Shown here: positions 1 through 9,400 of the stretch, in pieces
How positions within the stretch are numbered: the stretch's first letter is position 1
Layout of the letters: the number at the start of each line of letters is the position of its first letter
Assembly: GCA_035551775.1 (NCBI GenBank)
Contig: DASZMQ010000014.1
Location: forward strand, 523,403-587,402
Direction: 5' to 3'
From: Mucilaginibacter sp.
GTDB lineage: Bacteria; Bacteroidota; Bacteroidia; Sphingobacteriales; Sphingobacteriaceae
DNA length: 64,000 nt
Notes under the pieces: model-generated
Seen by the model: the letters and a program-made list of their open reading frames with translations, nothing else
The model's database searches: none
Told to the model about the DNA's origin: nothing
Program-made: the position numbers and the translations under genes

Positions 1-466
1 CGTCGTAATTGGCAAAATCTTCACTATTAAAAACTTTGGCAAAACCGAGTTTACCCTTCACGCCTTCAACACCCAGCCTCTTGCCGGTCCATTGTTCCTG
101 CTGCGGATCGCGGTGATTAACAAAAAATAGTTCGTTATAGTCGCCATCGCTTCCATGCTGCATTTCTTTAAAAATGAGCAATACGGCGCTCGTCTCCCTA
201 TAACCCGAGAAATAATACAGGTCTGGACTGGGGTGATAAGCGTAGGTCACGTCATTTGAAAATACGCGTTCAGGATAGGCGAACACCACCGCCACCGAAT
301 TGGCCGGCATCAGCGCACGCAGCGCATCGCGCCGGCCGGCGTGAAACTCTTTGGTCAGATAATCTTTCGGCAGACCGTCATCGGTAGCCGCGGTTTGCGA
401 AAAGCCCTGTAACGATACAAAGCAGATCAGTAAAGCAAACAGCAAGGTTTTGGTAAGCACTTTCAT
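1..466 (-). CDS. Xaa-Pro aminopeptidase family protein, N-terminal part (gene runs off the left edge)
   Basis: My own minus-strand translation from ATG (complement of 464-466) gives MKVLTKTLLFALLICFVSLQGFSQTAATDDGLPKDYLTKEFHAGRRDALRALMPANSVAVVFAYPERVFSNDVTY... This is a signal peptide followed by the pattern typical of the aminopeptidase P N-terminal domain. The frame is open to position 1. It is absent from the ORF track because it is truncated. Confidence 0.6.
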   Translation of the reverse strand, partial: MKVLTKTLLFALLICFVSLQGFSQTAATDDGLPKDYLTKEFHAGRRDALRALMPANSVAVVFAYPERVFSNDVTYAYHPSPDLYYFSGYRETSAVLLIFKEMQHGSDGDYNELFFVNHRDPQQEQWTGKRLGVEGVKGKLGFAKVFNSEDFANYD

Positions 467-499
467 GAGAGGAATGGTTGGTATTCAGTAAAGATATTA

Positions 500-580
500 T
501 TCGGATTTCGAATTTCGAATTTTCGATTTCAGATTTTTATTCTTGCGGACTTTCGGACTTACACAGATTTTTGGATTTTA
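500..580. repeat. Array of degenerate 7-9 nt words (TTCGGATT / TTCGAATT / TTCGGACTT)
   Basis: Direct reading: tcggatttcgaatttcgaattttcgatttcagattttt...gcggactttcggactt, in the divergent spacer between the aminopeptidase gene and the 612 gene. Confidence 0.7.
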
Positions 581-611
581 ATATTAACTTTATGCTACCT
601 ATACTTTTCTG

Positions 612-1574
612 ATGAGAAAAATTCTTTTCATACTATTGTTGTCCCAGGTTGTATATGCGGCCAATGCCCAGGTCAAATTATACATTGACGACAACGGCAG
701 GCCGACCGATGTGTTCAAGGCTACTTCCTACATCATTGTTAAACAGCTTAGCGATACAGCGTGGCAGATGGATCAGTATGATATGGAAAATGCCAGCCTG
801 CAATCTGGTACCTTTAAAGATGCAAGTCTGAAAATGCCCGATGGCAAATTTGTTTATTACCGAAAATTGAATTTTTATAACAACAAGCAGATGAAGGAAT
901 GGCTAAAGTCGGACACCGCTAACTGTGTCATGACTGAAGGCCAATTTAAAAATGGCAAAAAAGACGGCACATGGACCGACTATTTCATAGGCGGGAAAAA
1001 ACGGGAAGAGGCGACCTACAAAGACGGGGTGCTAAATGGCCCTTACCGCAGCTATAATAATGATCACAGCACAGTCGCGTTGTCTGGAAATTATGTAAAT
1101 GGCATGCGCGAAGGTGACTGGGAAATGTTCAACATGGATGGAAAGGTGATGGAAACGGACAAATACCGCAATGGTAAAATGCACGCGCAAAAAATGTCGC
1201 TCGGGCCTTATAATCCCCCGAAACCACCCCGCGGATTTGAAACCTATGTAACGACCACGTTAAGAAAAACCGCGCCTGCACCGGATGTCGCAAATATCGC
1301 TTTCGATTATTCATTCGTGTTTACGGTTACAAAAGACGGCAAAGTTATCGACGCCCATGTGGTGGAAACAGGCCATGACGATGACCCGCTTGCAAGGACT
1401 TTGGTTGGCATTATTCAGAATTCCTCTCAATGGAAACCGGCTAATACCGGCGACGAAACTAAAGCAGTTGAAGACTTTGCTATCGTTTCGGTCGAAATTA
1501 AAAAGGGAGGCATAACAACCAAGGTGCTCGACTATGGCAAGTACAAAGCCGCATATTTTAATTTGAATCACTGA
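612..1574 (+). CDS. Secreted protein with MORN-variant (YwqK-like) repeats and a TonB-C-like C-terminal domain
   Basis: Signal peptide MRKILFILLLSQVVYAANAQ. Repeated G-K/R-x-D/E-G-x-W units (FKNGKKDGTWTDY, YKDGVLNGPYRSY, YVNGMREGDWEMF). The C-terminal ~90 aa resemble TonB C-terminal folds (inference). Confidence 0.45.
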   Translation: MRKILFILLLSQVVYAANAQVKLYIDDNGRPTDVFKATSYIIVKQLSDTAWQMDQYDMENASLQSGTFKDASLKMPDGKFVYYRKLNFYNNKQMKEWLKSDTANCVMTEGQFKNGKKDGTWTDYFIGGKKREEATYKDGVLNGPYRSYNNDHSTVALSGNYVNGMREGDWEMFNMDGKVMETDKYRNGKMHAQKMSLGPYNPPKPPRGFETYVTTTLRKTAPAPDVANIAFDYSFVFTVTKDGKVIDAHVVETGHDDDPLARTLVGIIQNSSQWKPANTGDETKAVEDFAIVSVEIKKGGITTKVLDYGKYKAAYFNLNH

Positions 1575-1632
1575 GAATTAGGAGCCATCCGGAGAATCTT
1601 CCGCAGGAGATCGTACGACAACAGAAACTTTC

Positions 1633-1667
1633 TTCCGGACTTATGCGGACTTTCGGACTTTCGGACT
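1633..1667. repeat. CGGACTTT word array upstream of pyrR
   Basis: ttccggacttatgcggactttcggactttcggact has an 8-nt period and sits immediately upstream of the putative pyrR -7 box. Confidence 0.7.
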
Positions 1668-1674
1668 AAATCCC

Positions 1675-1682
1675 TATCTTTG
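1675..1682 (+). promoter_or_regulatory. Candidate Bacteroidetes -7 promoter box (TATCTTTG) for pyrR
   Basis: Exact match to TAnnTTTG, 17 nt upstream of the pyrR ATG at 1700. Confidence 0.45.
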
Positions 1683-1699
1683 CCCAAATCCACCCTACG

Positions 1700-2245
1700 A
1701 TGCAAAACCTCACGCTGCTCGACGGTCAGAAGTTCCAGATCACCATACAACGTTTATGCCGGCAGTTAATTGAAAATCATGATGATTTTAAGAATACCGT
1801 ATTGATCGGTACACAACCGCGCGGCATTTACCTGGCGCGACGTGTTGCTGAGGAACTGCGCAAAATACTGCCGGGAAAAACCATCCTGCAGGGCGATATG
1901 GATGTAACTTTTTACCGTGACGATTTCCGCCGCGGCGAAAAGCAGCTGGTACCCAATCAAACCCGCATAGACTTCATAATCGAAGATAAGAACGTGATCC
2001 TGATAGACGACGTGCTATGGACCGGCCGCACCATCCGCGCCGCGATGGACGGGATGCTGTATTTTGGTCGCCCCGCGAAAGTGGAGCTGCTGGTTTTGGT
2101 CGACAGAAGATACTCGCGCCACCTACCGGTAGCAGCAGACTATGTTGGGATTGAAGTGGATTCTATTGCGTCACAAAGGGTGGTAGTAAGCTGGAAAGAA
2201 ACAGATGGACACGATAAGATTGTATTGATATCTGAAAACAAATAA
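1700..2245 (+). CDS. pyrR: Bifunctional pyrimidine operon regulator / uracil phosphoribosyltransferase PyrR
   Basis: 181 aa. PRPP-binding loop VILIDDVLWTGRTIRAA. PyrR-typical N-terminus and length. Located directly upstream of pyrB. Confidence 0.9.
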   Translation: MQNLTLLDGQKFQITIQRLCRQLIENHDDFKNTVLIGTQPRGIYLARRVAEELRKILPGKTILQGDMDVTFYRDDFRRGEKQLVPNQTRIDFIIEDKNVILIDDVLWTGRTIRAAMDGMLYFGRPAKVELLVLVDRRYSRHLPVAADYVGIEVDSIASQRVVVSWKETDGHDKIVLISENK

Positions 2246-2252
2246 TAAACTA

Positions 2253-2374
2253 TGTCATTGCGAGGAACAGAAAGGCCAAAGCGCTGGAGTGACGAAAGCA
2301 ACCTCATAGTTGTGCACTCGACGAGATTGCTTCGTCGCAGCCACACACAAGCCGCCACGCTCCTCGCAATGACA
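2253..2374. repeat. Nested-palindrome intergenic element, copy A (REP/MITE-like)
   Basis: Outer 14-nt perfect inverted repeat TGTCATTGCGAGGA (2253-2266) / TCCTCGCAATGACA (2361-2374). Inner inverted repeat GACGAAAGCAAC.../...ATTGCTTCGTC. A second copy lies at 60570-60692. Confidence 0.85.
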
Positions 2375-2401
2375 TGAGGGTAAAAAATTCGAAATAAAAA
2401 A

Positions 2402-3331
2402 ATGGCAGAATTAAGCACGCGCCACTTATTAGGCATCAAGGATTTAAACAGAAACGATATCGAACTCATTTTCGAAACTGCCGACGAATTCAAAGCTGTT
2501 CTGAACCGCCCGATCAAAAGAGTTCCTTCGCTGCGTGATGTTACTATTGCCAATATTTTCTTCGAAAATTCGACTCGTACCCGTTTATCATTTGAACTGG
2601 CTGAGAAACGACTTTCTGCCGATGTGGTCAACTTCGCTGCTTCCTCTTCTTCAGTAAGCAAAGGCGAAACGCTGATCGATACGGTAAACAATATCCTGGC
2701 TATGAAAGTAGACATGGTGGTGATGCGCCATCCTTACGCCGGAGCTGGTATCTTCCTTTCTAGACACGTAAAAGCGCAAATAGTAAACGCCGGCGACGGC
2801 GCGCATGAGCACCCGACCCAGGCCCTGCTCGACGCCTTTTCCATCCGCGAAAAATATGGCGACGTGGCGGGGAAGAAAGTAGCCATTGTGGGGGATATCC
2901 TGCACTCGCGCGTGGCGCTGTCAAACATTCTGTGCCTGAAGCAGCTTGGGGCCGAAGTAATGGTTTGCGGCCCGACGACACTGATACCCAAATATATCGG
3001 AGCGCTGGGTGTGAAAGTTGAACACGACCTGATCAAGGCCCTTAACTGGTGCGATGTTGCAAATATGCTCCGTATACAGCTTGAAAGGCAGGATATCAAA
3101 TACTTCCCATCGCTACGCGAATACAGTATGCTTTACGGCCTCAATAAACAAATTCTCGACTCGCTCGACAAAGAGATCACCATCATGCACCCCGGCCCCA
3201 TCAACCGCGGCGTGGAAATTACCAGCGACGTAGCCGACAGCAAACAATCCATCATCCTCGACCAGGTGGAGAATGGCGTGGCGATCCGCATGGCGGTGCT
3301 GTACCTGCTGGCAGCGCAGGCGCAGGGATAG
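2402..3331 (+). CDS. pyrB: Aspartate carbamoyltransferase catalytic subunit
   Basis: 309 aa. Carbamoyl-phosphate binding motif FFENSTRTRLSFE, and HPxQ (HEHPTQALLD). Confidence 0.95.
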   Translation: MAELSTRHLLGIKDLNRNDIELIFETADEFKAVLNRPIKRVPSLRDVTIANIFFENSTRTRLSFELAEKRLSADVVNFAASSSSVSKGETLIDTVNNILAMKVDMVVMRHPYAGAGIFLSRHVKAQIVNAGDGAHEHPTQALLDAFSIREKYGDVAGKKVAIVGDILHSRVALSNILCLKQLGAEVMVCGPTTLIPKYIGALGVKVEHDLIKALNWCDVANMLRIQLERQDIKYFPSLREYSMLYGLNKQILDSLDKEITIMHPGPINRGVEITSDVADSKQSIILDQVENGVAIRMAVLYLLAAQAQG

Positions 3332-3370
3332 TGATTAGTTAATCAGTTGATCTGTGATTAGTTCATAGTT

Positions 3371-4795
3371 ATGAAAAATTCATTAATAGTCGCTATGATC
3401 GTTTGTGTCTCAGGCCTGAGCGCCTCCGCCCAAAGCATCCAGCAACACAAGACCGATTCGGTACTTCAATTGGTGAAGCAATACTTCAATCTTAAACAAG
3501 CCGATGGGATCTACGAGTTGGCCGGAGAAGCATTTCATAAAGAAATGTCCGCAGAAACATTCCGGTATGTGGCCGCAAACCAGCTTTTCCCTGTTGGTGA
3601 GATCAAAGAATCATCGCTGATCAGTTTTGTGAATGATAAAGTTGCGACCTATAAATTGGTATGCGAAGCGGTCACATTACAATTATTGATGAGCCTTGAC
3701 CGTAAGGACAAACTGGAGCTTTTCCTGTTCCAGCCCTTCAAAAAAGACCCAGGCGATAAACCCGCGCCTGTTGCTAGTACCAACCCGATGAAGACCCTGA
3801 TGGATAAGAGCATCGATTCGGCCGCGCGAAAGTATATCCAAAAGGCCAATAGCGTTGGTTTGAGCATTGGCATATTGAAGGATGGTGTGATCACCGCTTA
3901 CGAATACGGCGAAACCGGAAGGGATAACCACCAGCTACCCAATGCCAACACCTTATTCGAGATCGGGTCGATCACCAAAACGTTTACCTCTACCCTGCTG
4001 GCTTATTATGTAAATGAAGGCAAAGTAAAGCTGGACGATCCGATAACAAAATACCTTCCTGACTCGGTGGCAGCCAATAAAGAATTGCAGGGGATCACCC
4101 TCGAAACGCTGAGCAACCACACCTCGGGCCTGCCGCGCCTGCCCACTAATTTCGAGTATCATTCAAGTTCAACGGAAGACCCTTATAAGGATTATACCAA
4201 ACAATACCTGTTAGACTATCTCAAAACTTGTAAACTGCAAAGCAAGCCCGGTAAACAATACGCTTATTCCAACCTGGCGGTGGGCTTACTCGGTGCGATC
4301 CTTCAGCAGGTAAGCGGCAAAACTTTCGAGCAAATGGTTGAACAGATCATTTGCCAACCCTTGGGCATGCAAAGCACAGTTGAAAACCTGACACCAGTAC
4401 TAGAGAAAAGATTCGTAAAGGTTTATAGCGAAGACGGGAAGGAAACCTCGCCCTGGCATTTCGATGTGCTCGCACCCTGCGGAGCGCTGAAGTCGACCGT
4501 CAACAACCTGCTGGTTTACGCCAAAGCCAACATGACGCCTGTTGATACCAAACTTTCAAAGGCCATGGAGCTCACGCATCGGGTTACCTATACGCAAAAG
4601 GATCTGAAACTCGGCCTGGCATGGCATATCATTACCATCAATAACGTGGAATATTATTTCCACAACGGGGGCACTTACGGCTGCAGCAGTTTCCTGGTGT
4701 TTAACCCGGAAAAGAAGCTGGCGGTAGTCGTGCTTTCCAATTGCGGGGCCAGTACGGATGCTTTAGGAGTTGATATTGTTAAGCGAATACAGTAA
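3371..4795 (+). CDS. Secreted serine hydrolase of the beta-lactamase (class C / PBP-like) fold with an extra N-terminal domain
   Basis: Signal peptide. SxxK motif in FEIGSITKTFTS and YAYSN (YxN). About 130 aa of N-terminal extension. Confidence 0.8.
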   Translation: MKNSLIVAMIVCVSGLSASAQSIQQHKTDSVLQLVKQYFNLKQADGIYELAGEAFHKEMSAETFRYVAANQLFPVGEIKESSLISFVNDKVATYKLVCEAVTLQLLMSLDRKDKLELFLFQPFKKDPGDKPAPVASTNPMKTLMDKSIDSAARKYIQKANSVGLSIGILKDGVITAYEYGETGRDNHQLPNANTLFEIGSITKTFTSTLLAYYVNEGKVKLDDPITKYLPDSVAANKELQGITLETLSNHTSGLPRLPTNFEYHSSSTEDPYKDYTKQYLLDYLKTCKLQSKPGKQYAYSNLAVGLLGAILQQVSGKTFEQMVEQIICQPLGMQSTVENLTPVLEKRFVKVYSEDGKETSPWHFDVLAPCGALKSTVNNLLVYAKANMTPVDTKLSKAMELTHRVTYTQKDLKLGLAWHIITINNVEYYFHNGGTYGCSSFLVFNPEKKLAVVVLSNCGASTDALGVDIVKRIQ

Positions 4796-5244
4796 TGACT
4801 ATAAAGGAGATCATCGAATTAATCAGACGTGATAAAGCCCAGCATGGCATTACACTATATGAACCCGCATCTGAGTCCGAGCTACTTGAGTTTGAAAAAA
4901 AGCTTCATATTACTTTACCTCAAGACATCAAGGATTTCTACAGATTTGCAAACGGTTTTGAATCAGCAGAGGATATATTCCGAATAATCCCTTTAAAGGA
5001 AATTCTATCGAGAATAGACCGACATCACCAAAACTATTTTTATATAGCTGAATATATGGTCTATTGCGACATGTGGGGCGTGACTATCGATCCTAAAAAT
5101 GATACCTATAAAATATCAGAGTATTCATTCAAAACGGCCCTAACCAATTCTTTCGCTGAATTCCTGCAATGCTTTTTAAAAGGTGGTGTGTTTGGGCAAG
5201 ACGGATTGTATGACTGGAAAGATAAAATAATCAACAACTCATAG
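4795..5244 (+). CDS. SMI1/KNR4 (SUKH) family protein
   Basis: LPQDIKDFYRFANGFE matches the SMI1/KNR4 signature region. 149 aa, no signal peptide. The start ATG shares one base with the upstream TAA (TAATG). Confidence 0.7.
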   Translation: MTIKEIIELIRRDKAQHGITLYEPASESELLEFEKKLHITLPQDIKDFYRFANGFESAEDIFRIIPLKEILSRIDRHHQNYFYIAEYMVYCDMWGVTIDPKNDTYKISEYSFKTALTNSFAEFLQCFLKGGVFGQDGLYDWKDKIINNS

Positions 5245-5245
5245 T

Positions 5246-6439
5246 TTATTTTTTACCTTTTTTAGTCGTATCAGCAGGGGCATCAACGGCCCCAGAAACT
5301 TGACTGCCTGAATTGCCAATGCGCACCTGCTGGCCGTCCCTGATCTCGTCGTTGGCCTTGGCTACCAGCTTATCGCCTGGTCTCAGATCACCGTAAATTT
5401 CCATATTGCCGCCTGACTGGAAGCCTTTCTTCACATCCACCCACTCGGCCTTATTGCCGTTCACCCTGATCACGAATACTCTTTCGGTCGAAACCACGAC
5501 CGCGGTTTTAGGTACTATAAAGGCGCTATCGCGTGAAGGAATGGGCAAGTCTACATCGGCATACATGCCGGGAAGCAGTTCCTTGTTCTTATTGTACACG
5601 TCCATCTCCAAACGTTCGGCGCGAAGCTTTTCGTCAAGCGCACCGGCAAGGCGTTTCACCTGCGCCTTGAATTTCCGGTTAGGCAAGGCCTTTACCGAAA
5701 AAGTGACCATATCCTTGCCGCTTAATCCGCCGGTGTACAATTCAGGCACCGAGATTACCAGGCGCATTTTGCTTTGCTGCTGTATCACGAATATCGGCTG
5801 ATTTGAACCGCCAACATAAGCGCCAAGGTTCACATTACGAGCGCTTACTATCCCATCGAATGGCGCACGTATCTGTAAGTAATTTAGATTAGCGGCTACC
5901 GCTTTATAGTCGGATCTCGCAGCCTCAACATTTGCCAGGTCCGAATTTTTTTTGGCTTCCGCCTGTTCCAGGTCATTCTCTGATACTGTACCCGGCGTTT
6001 TGCTGGTATTCAGCAGGCGGTCGTAGGTTGCTTTGCTGGCATAATAAACCGCTTCCTGCTGCTTGATATGCGATTCTGCGGCAGCTAATTGTGAATTCAG
6101 TTCCGGCGCTTCGAGCGTGGCCAACAGTTCGCCGGTGTGCACCTGCGAACCGATATCCGCGTACAGCTTTTTGACATAGCTGGTGATCTTGGCATAAAGA
6201 TCAACTTCCTGGAAGGGCACGAGTTCGCCCGGCACGGTAATGGTCGAATTCAGCGTGCCTCTATTGATCGGCACCACTGCAACCGACGGCGTGTCGATAG
6301 CGCTTTCCTGTTTTTCGGTTTGGGCGATTTCCTCCTTCTGTTGCTTATCGGAACAGGCTGAAAGCCCAATCGATGTGATGAGCGTTAAGGCAATGGTATA
6401 CTTATTTTTAATGATGTTCATTGTGATGTACTGGAACAT
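5246..6439 (-). CDS. Efflux RND transporter periplasmic adaptor (HlyD/MFP family)
   Basis: Lipoprotein-like signal (..GLSAC), coiled-coil hairpin region and barrel-sandwich motifs. An alternative start is at 6421 (MNIIKNK...). Confidence 0.85.
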   Translation of the reverse strand: MFQYITMNIIKNKYTIALTLITSIGLSACSDKQQKEEIAQTEKQESAIDTPSVAVVPINRGTLNSTITVPGELVPFQEVDLYAKITSYVKKLYADIGSQVHTGELLATLEAPELNSQLAAAESHIKQQEAVYYASKATYDRLLNTSKTPGTVSENDLEQAEAKKNSDLANVEAARSDYKAVAANLNYLQIRAPFDGIVSARNVNLGAYVGGSNQPIFVIQQQSKMRLVISVPELYTGGLSGKDMVTFSVKALPNRKFKAQVKRLAGALDEKLRAERLEMDVYNKNKELLPGMYADVDLPIPSRDSAFIVPKTAVVVSTERVFVIRVNGNKAEWVDVKKGFQSGGNMEIYGDLRPGDKLVAKANDEIRDGQQVRIGNSGSQVSGAVDAPADTTKKGKK

Positions 6440-9400
6440 AATATTTACTTTCTTTATCTTCTGGGTCTAACGAAACGGATTGTATGGTGGTTTTTCCCTG
6501 TACCCAGGCGAAAACCAGCGGCAGGATGAGCAACGCTGCAAATGTGGATGCCAGCAGTCCGCCGATAACCGCGCGGCCCAGCGGCGCGGTCTGCCCGCCG
6601 CCTTCGCCCAATCCGCTTGCCATTGGGATCATACCGACGATCATCGCCAAAGCTGTCATCAATATTGGCCGCATGCGCAGCGCAACCGCCTCACGTGCTG
6701 ATTTCAGTGCGTCTCCGTTATGTTTGCGCAATTCTTCGGCGTTGGTGACCAATAATACTGCGTTGGATATGGATACGCCGACGGACATGATCATACCCAT
6801 ATACGACTGCAAATTCAGCGTCGCACCGGTAAGTTTCACCAGCAACAGCGACCCGGCCAATACCGCCGGTACTGTAGACAGCACCACAAGCGACAATTTG
6901 AACGACTGGAAATTCGCCGCCAGCATCAGGAAAATAACTAATACCGCTACGATCAGGCCCGTTTGGAGGCTATCCAGCGTATCGGTTAGCGTAGTGCTCA
7001 TGCCACGGGGCTGTACGGTCATTCCGCGCGGCGGTTCGCCCATATCCTTCAGCGCTTTATTCACATCGCTGGTAGCGGTGCCAAGGTCCATCTTATTGAT
7101 GTTTGCCGTTACTGTAAGCATGGGTAATGAGCCTACGTCATCGTCTTCCCCATAAGTGGTATCCTGCTTTATCTGGGCCACGTCTCCTAATACCGGGCGA
7201 GGCTGATTAGGGGTTATCGGTATTTCTCTGATCGCATTAATGCTGGACATTTCGTATTCCGGGACTTGCACCTGCACGCCGTAACCTAATCCGGCCTTCT
7301 CATCAAGCCATATGTTCTTTTCAATATAGCGGGAGGAAGATGTGGAAGAGATCAGCGAACGCGATATATCGTTCATACTCAGGCCAAGCTGCGCCACCCT
7401 TGCCCTATCGATATCAATATCGATAGCCGGGTAGCGGAACGACTGACCTACCTGTACATCGCGCAGGTAAGGGATCTTCTTCAGCCGGTTTACCACCTTT
7501 ATAGCGTATATCACGTTTTCCGGTTTGTTTTTGCCGATGATCGCCACTTCGACAGGCGTGGGCGATCCCTGGCTCAGCACCTTATCAGTAAGCTCTATAG
7601 GTTCAAAAGAAAGTTGCACCGAAGGCCTTATGCGTTTCATCGCAGCGCGCAGCCGCTCCTTCAGGTCATCAAGATCAACCTTATATCCTTCGCGCAGGTT
7701 TACCTGCAATACCGCTTCCTGCGGGCCGGCCATAAACAGGTAAAGCGGGCTTGTGGAGAATTGCCCGGGGTGCATACCAACCATAGCTGAAGTAACATCG
7801 ATATTTTCCCTTCCAACTAATTTTTCCACTTCGTGGATCGCATCAAGCGTTATCAATTCAGTCCGCTCATAACGGGTGCCATCGGGAGCGCGCATCCGCA
7901 CCTGGAAAGACCCCGAGTTGACCTTGGGCAGCACATCGCGGCCGATAATACTGAACATAACAAATGCGAAACCTAAAGCTGTTAACACATAAAAGGACAC
8001 CCAAAATATTCTCCTGGGCATCATCCAATCTATCCAGGAAAGAAAACGCAGCCTGAATTTGTCAAATCGGGTCTGCTTATGATCCGTGCTGCCTCCCATT
8101 GCGTTTTTAATAGCGAGCTCCTTTTGCTCCCAGGCGGCGCCTTCGTCTTCCAGCGCGAAACCATCCTTATGGCTCTTGTCCTCGTGCTTATTTTTCATCA
8201 CCCAATTGGCCATCACGGGCACAAAAGTCTGCGCAAGCATATAGGAAGTGATCATCGAAAAACCGATCGCCAGCGACAACGGAAGGAACAAAGCACCGGG
8301 TATACCCGACATCGTAAATGCCGGGGCAAACACCGCGAGGATACAGAACAGGATCAGCAGCTTCGGAAAAGCGATCTCTTTACAGGCGTCCCATATGGCC
8401 AAAGCTTTGGGCTTGCCCATATCAAAATGCTGGTGAATATTTTCTATGGTTACCGTCGATTCGTCAACCAAAATACCAATGGCGAGCGAGAGCCCGCTCA
8501 GCGTCATGATATTGATGGTTTGATGGAACAGCGACAGGAAGAATATGCCGGATATAATGCAGGTAGGAATGGTCAGGATCACGATCAGCGCCCCTCGCCT
8601 GTCACCGAGGAAAAGTAACACCATTAAGCCTGTCAATACGGCGCCTATAGCGCCTTCCTCCGCCAAGCTTTTCACGGAATTGATCACATATACCGACTGG
8701 TCGAATACATAAGACAGCTTTACATCAGGCGGAAGTACTGACTGGAACTTGGGTATCGCTTTTTTCAGGTTTTGGACCACCTCCCACGTAGAAGCATCTG
8801 CGGATTTGGTGATCGGCAGGTAAACCGAACGTTTCCCGTTTACCAGTGCCGAACCTGTAGTGATATCCGCGGCGTCTTCTACCGAAGCCACATCCTTTAT
8901 AAACACCGTCTGTACGCCATTTTTTATAAGTGGTATGTCACCAAAATCGCTAATATTTTTTTCAGTGGTATTGGCGGGCGTCAGGTAGTTGTAATCGCCG
9001 ATACGGACGTTACCCGCCGGCGTATTTTGGTTATTATCACGAATAGCCGTCACCAGCTGATCAGGTGTGATACTATGCGCCCGCATCAGTTCAGGGTCAG
9101 CTTTGATCACCACAGTACGCACGTTTCCGCCAAAAGGCGCCGGCGAGACCAGGCCCGGCACAGAAGTAAATTGCGCCCGCACATAAACATTAGCCATATC
9201 CATCAGCTCATTGTTCGAACGTTTAGGGCTTGAAAGCACCAGCTGCCCGACCGGCAATGTCGAGGCGTCGAACCGGATTATAAATGGCGGCTGTGAGCCG
9301 GGCGGGAAGATAGCCTGCGCCCGGGTGATATATGAGGTGACTTCCGCTGCCGCCTGCGCCATATTGGTTCCCTGGTAAAATGTGAGCTTAATAATGGTGA

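Noticed and set aside
2246-2401. Possible PyrR-binding attenuator RNA in the pyrR-pyrB spacer (GGAACAGAAAGGCC loosely resembles the Bacillus UCCAGAGAGGCU loop)
   Set aside because: The resemblance is weak. The segment belongs to a dispersed repeat whose other copy, far from any pyr gene, reads GGAATAAGGTTGGCC at that position. I therefore see no evidence for a specific PyrR site.
2140-2715. 191-aa minus-strand ORF spanning the pyrR end, the palindromic repeat and the pyrB start
   Set aside because: It overlaps two well-supported plus-strand genes and a non-coding repeat. It shows no motif and has an implausible composition.
6484-8618. Plus-strand ORFs of 179-223 aa (6484-7155, 8079-8618 and others) inside the RND pump gene
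   Set aside because: They lie antisense to a 1084-aa gene with unmistakable RND architecture. Their products are low-complexity (Ser/Thr/Arg/His-rich) with no motif. These are typical shadow ORFs of a GC-biased coding strand.
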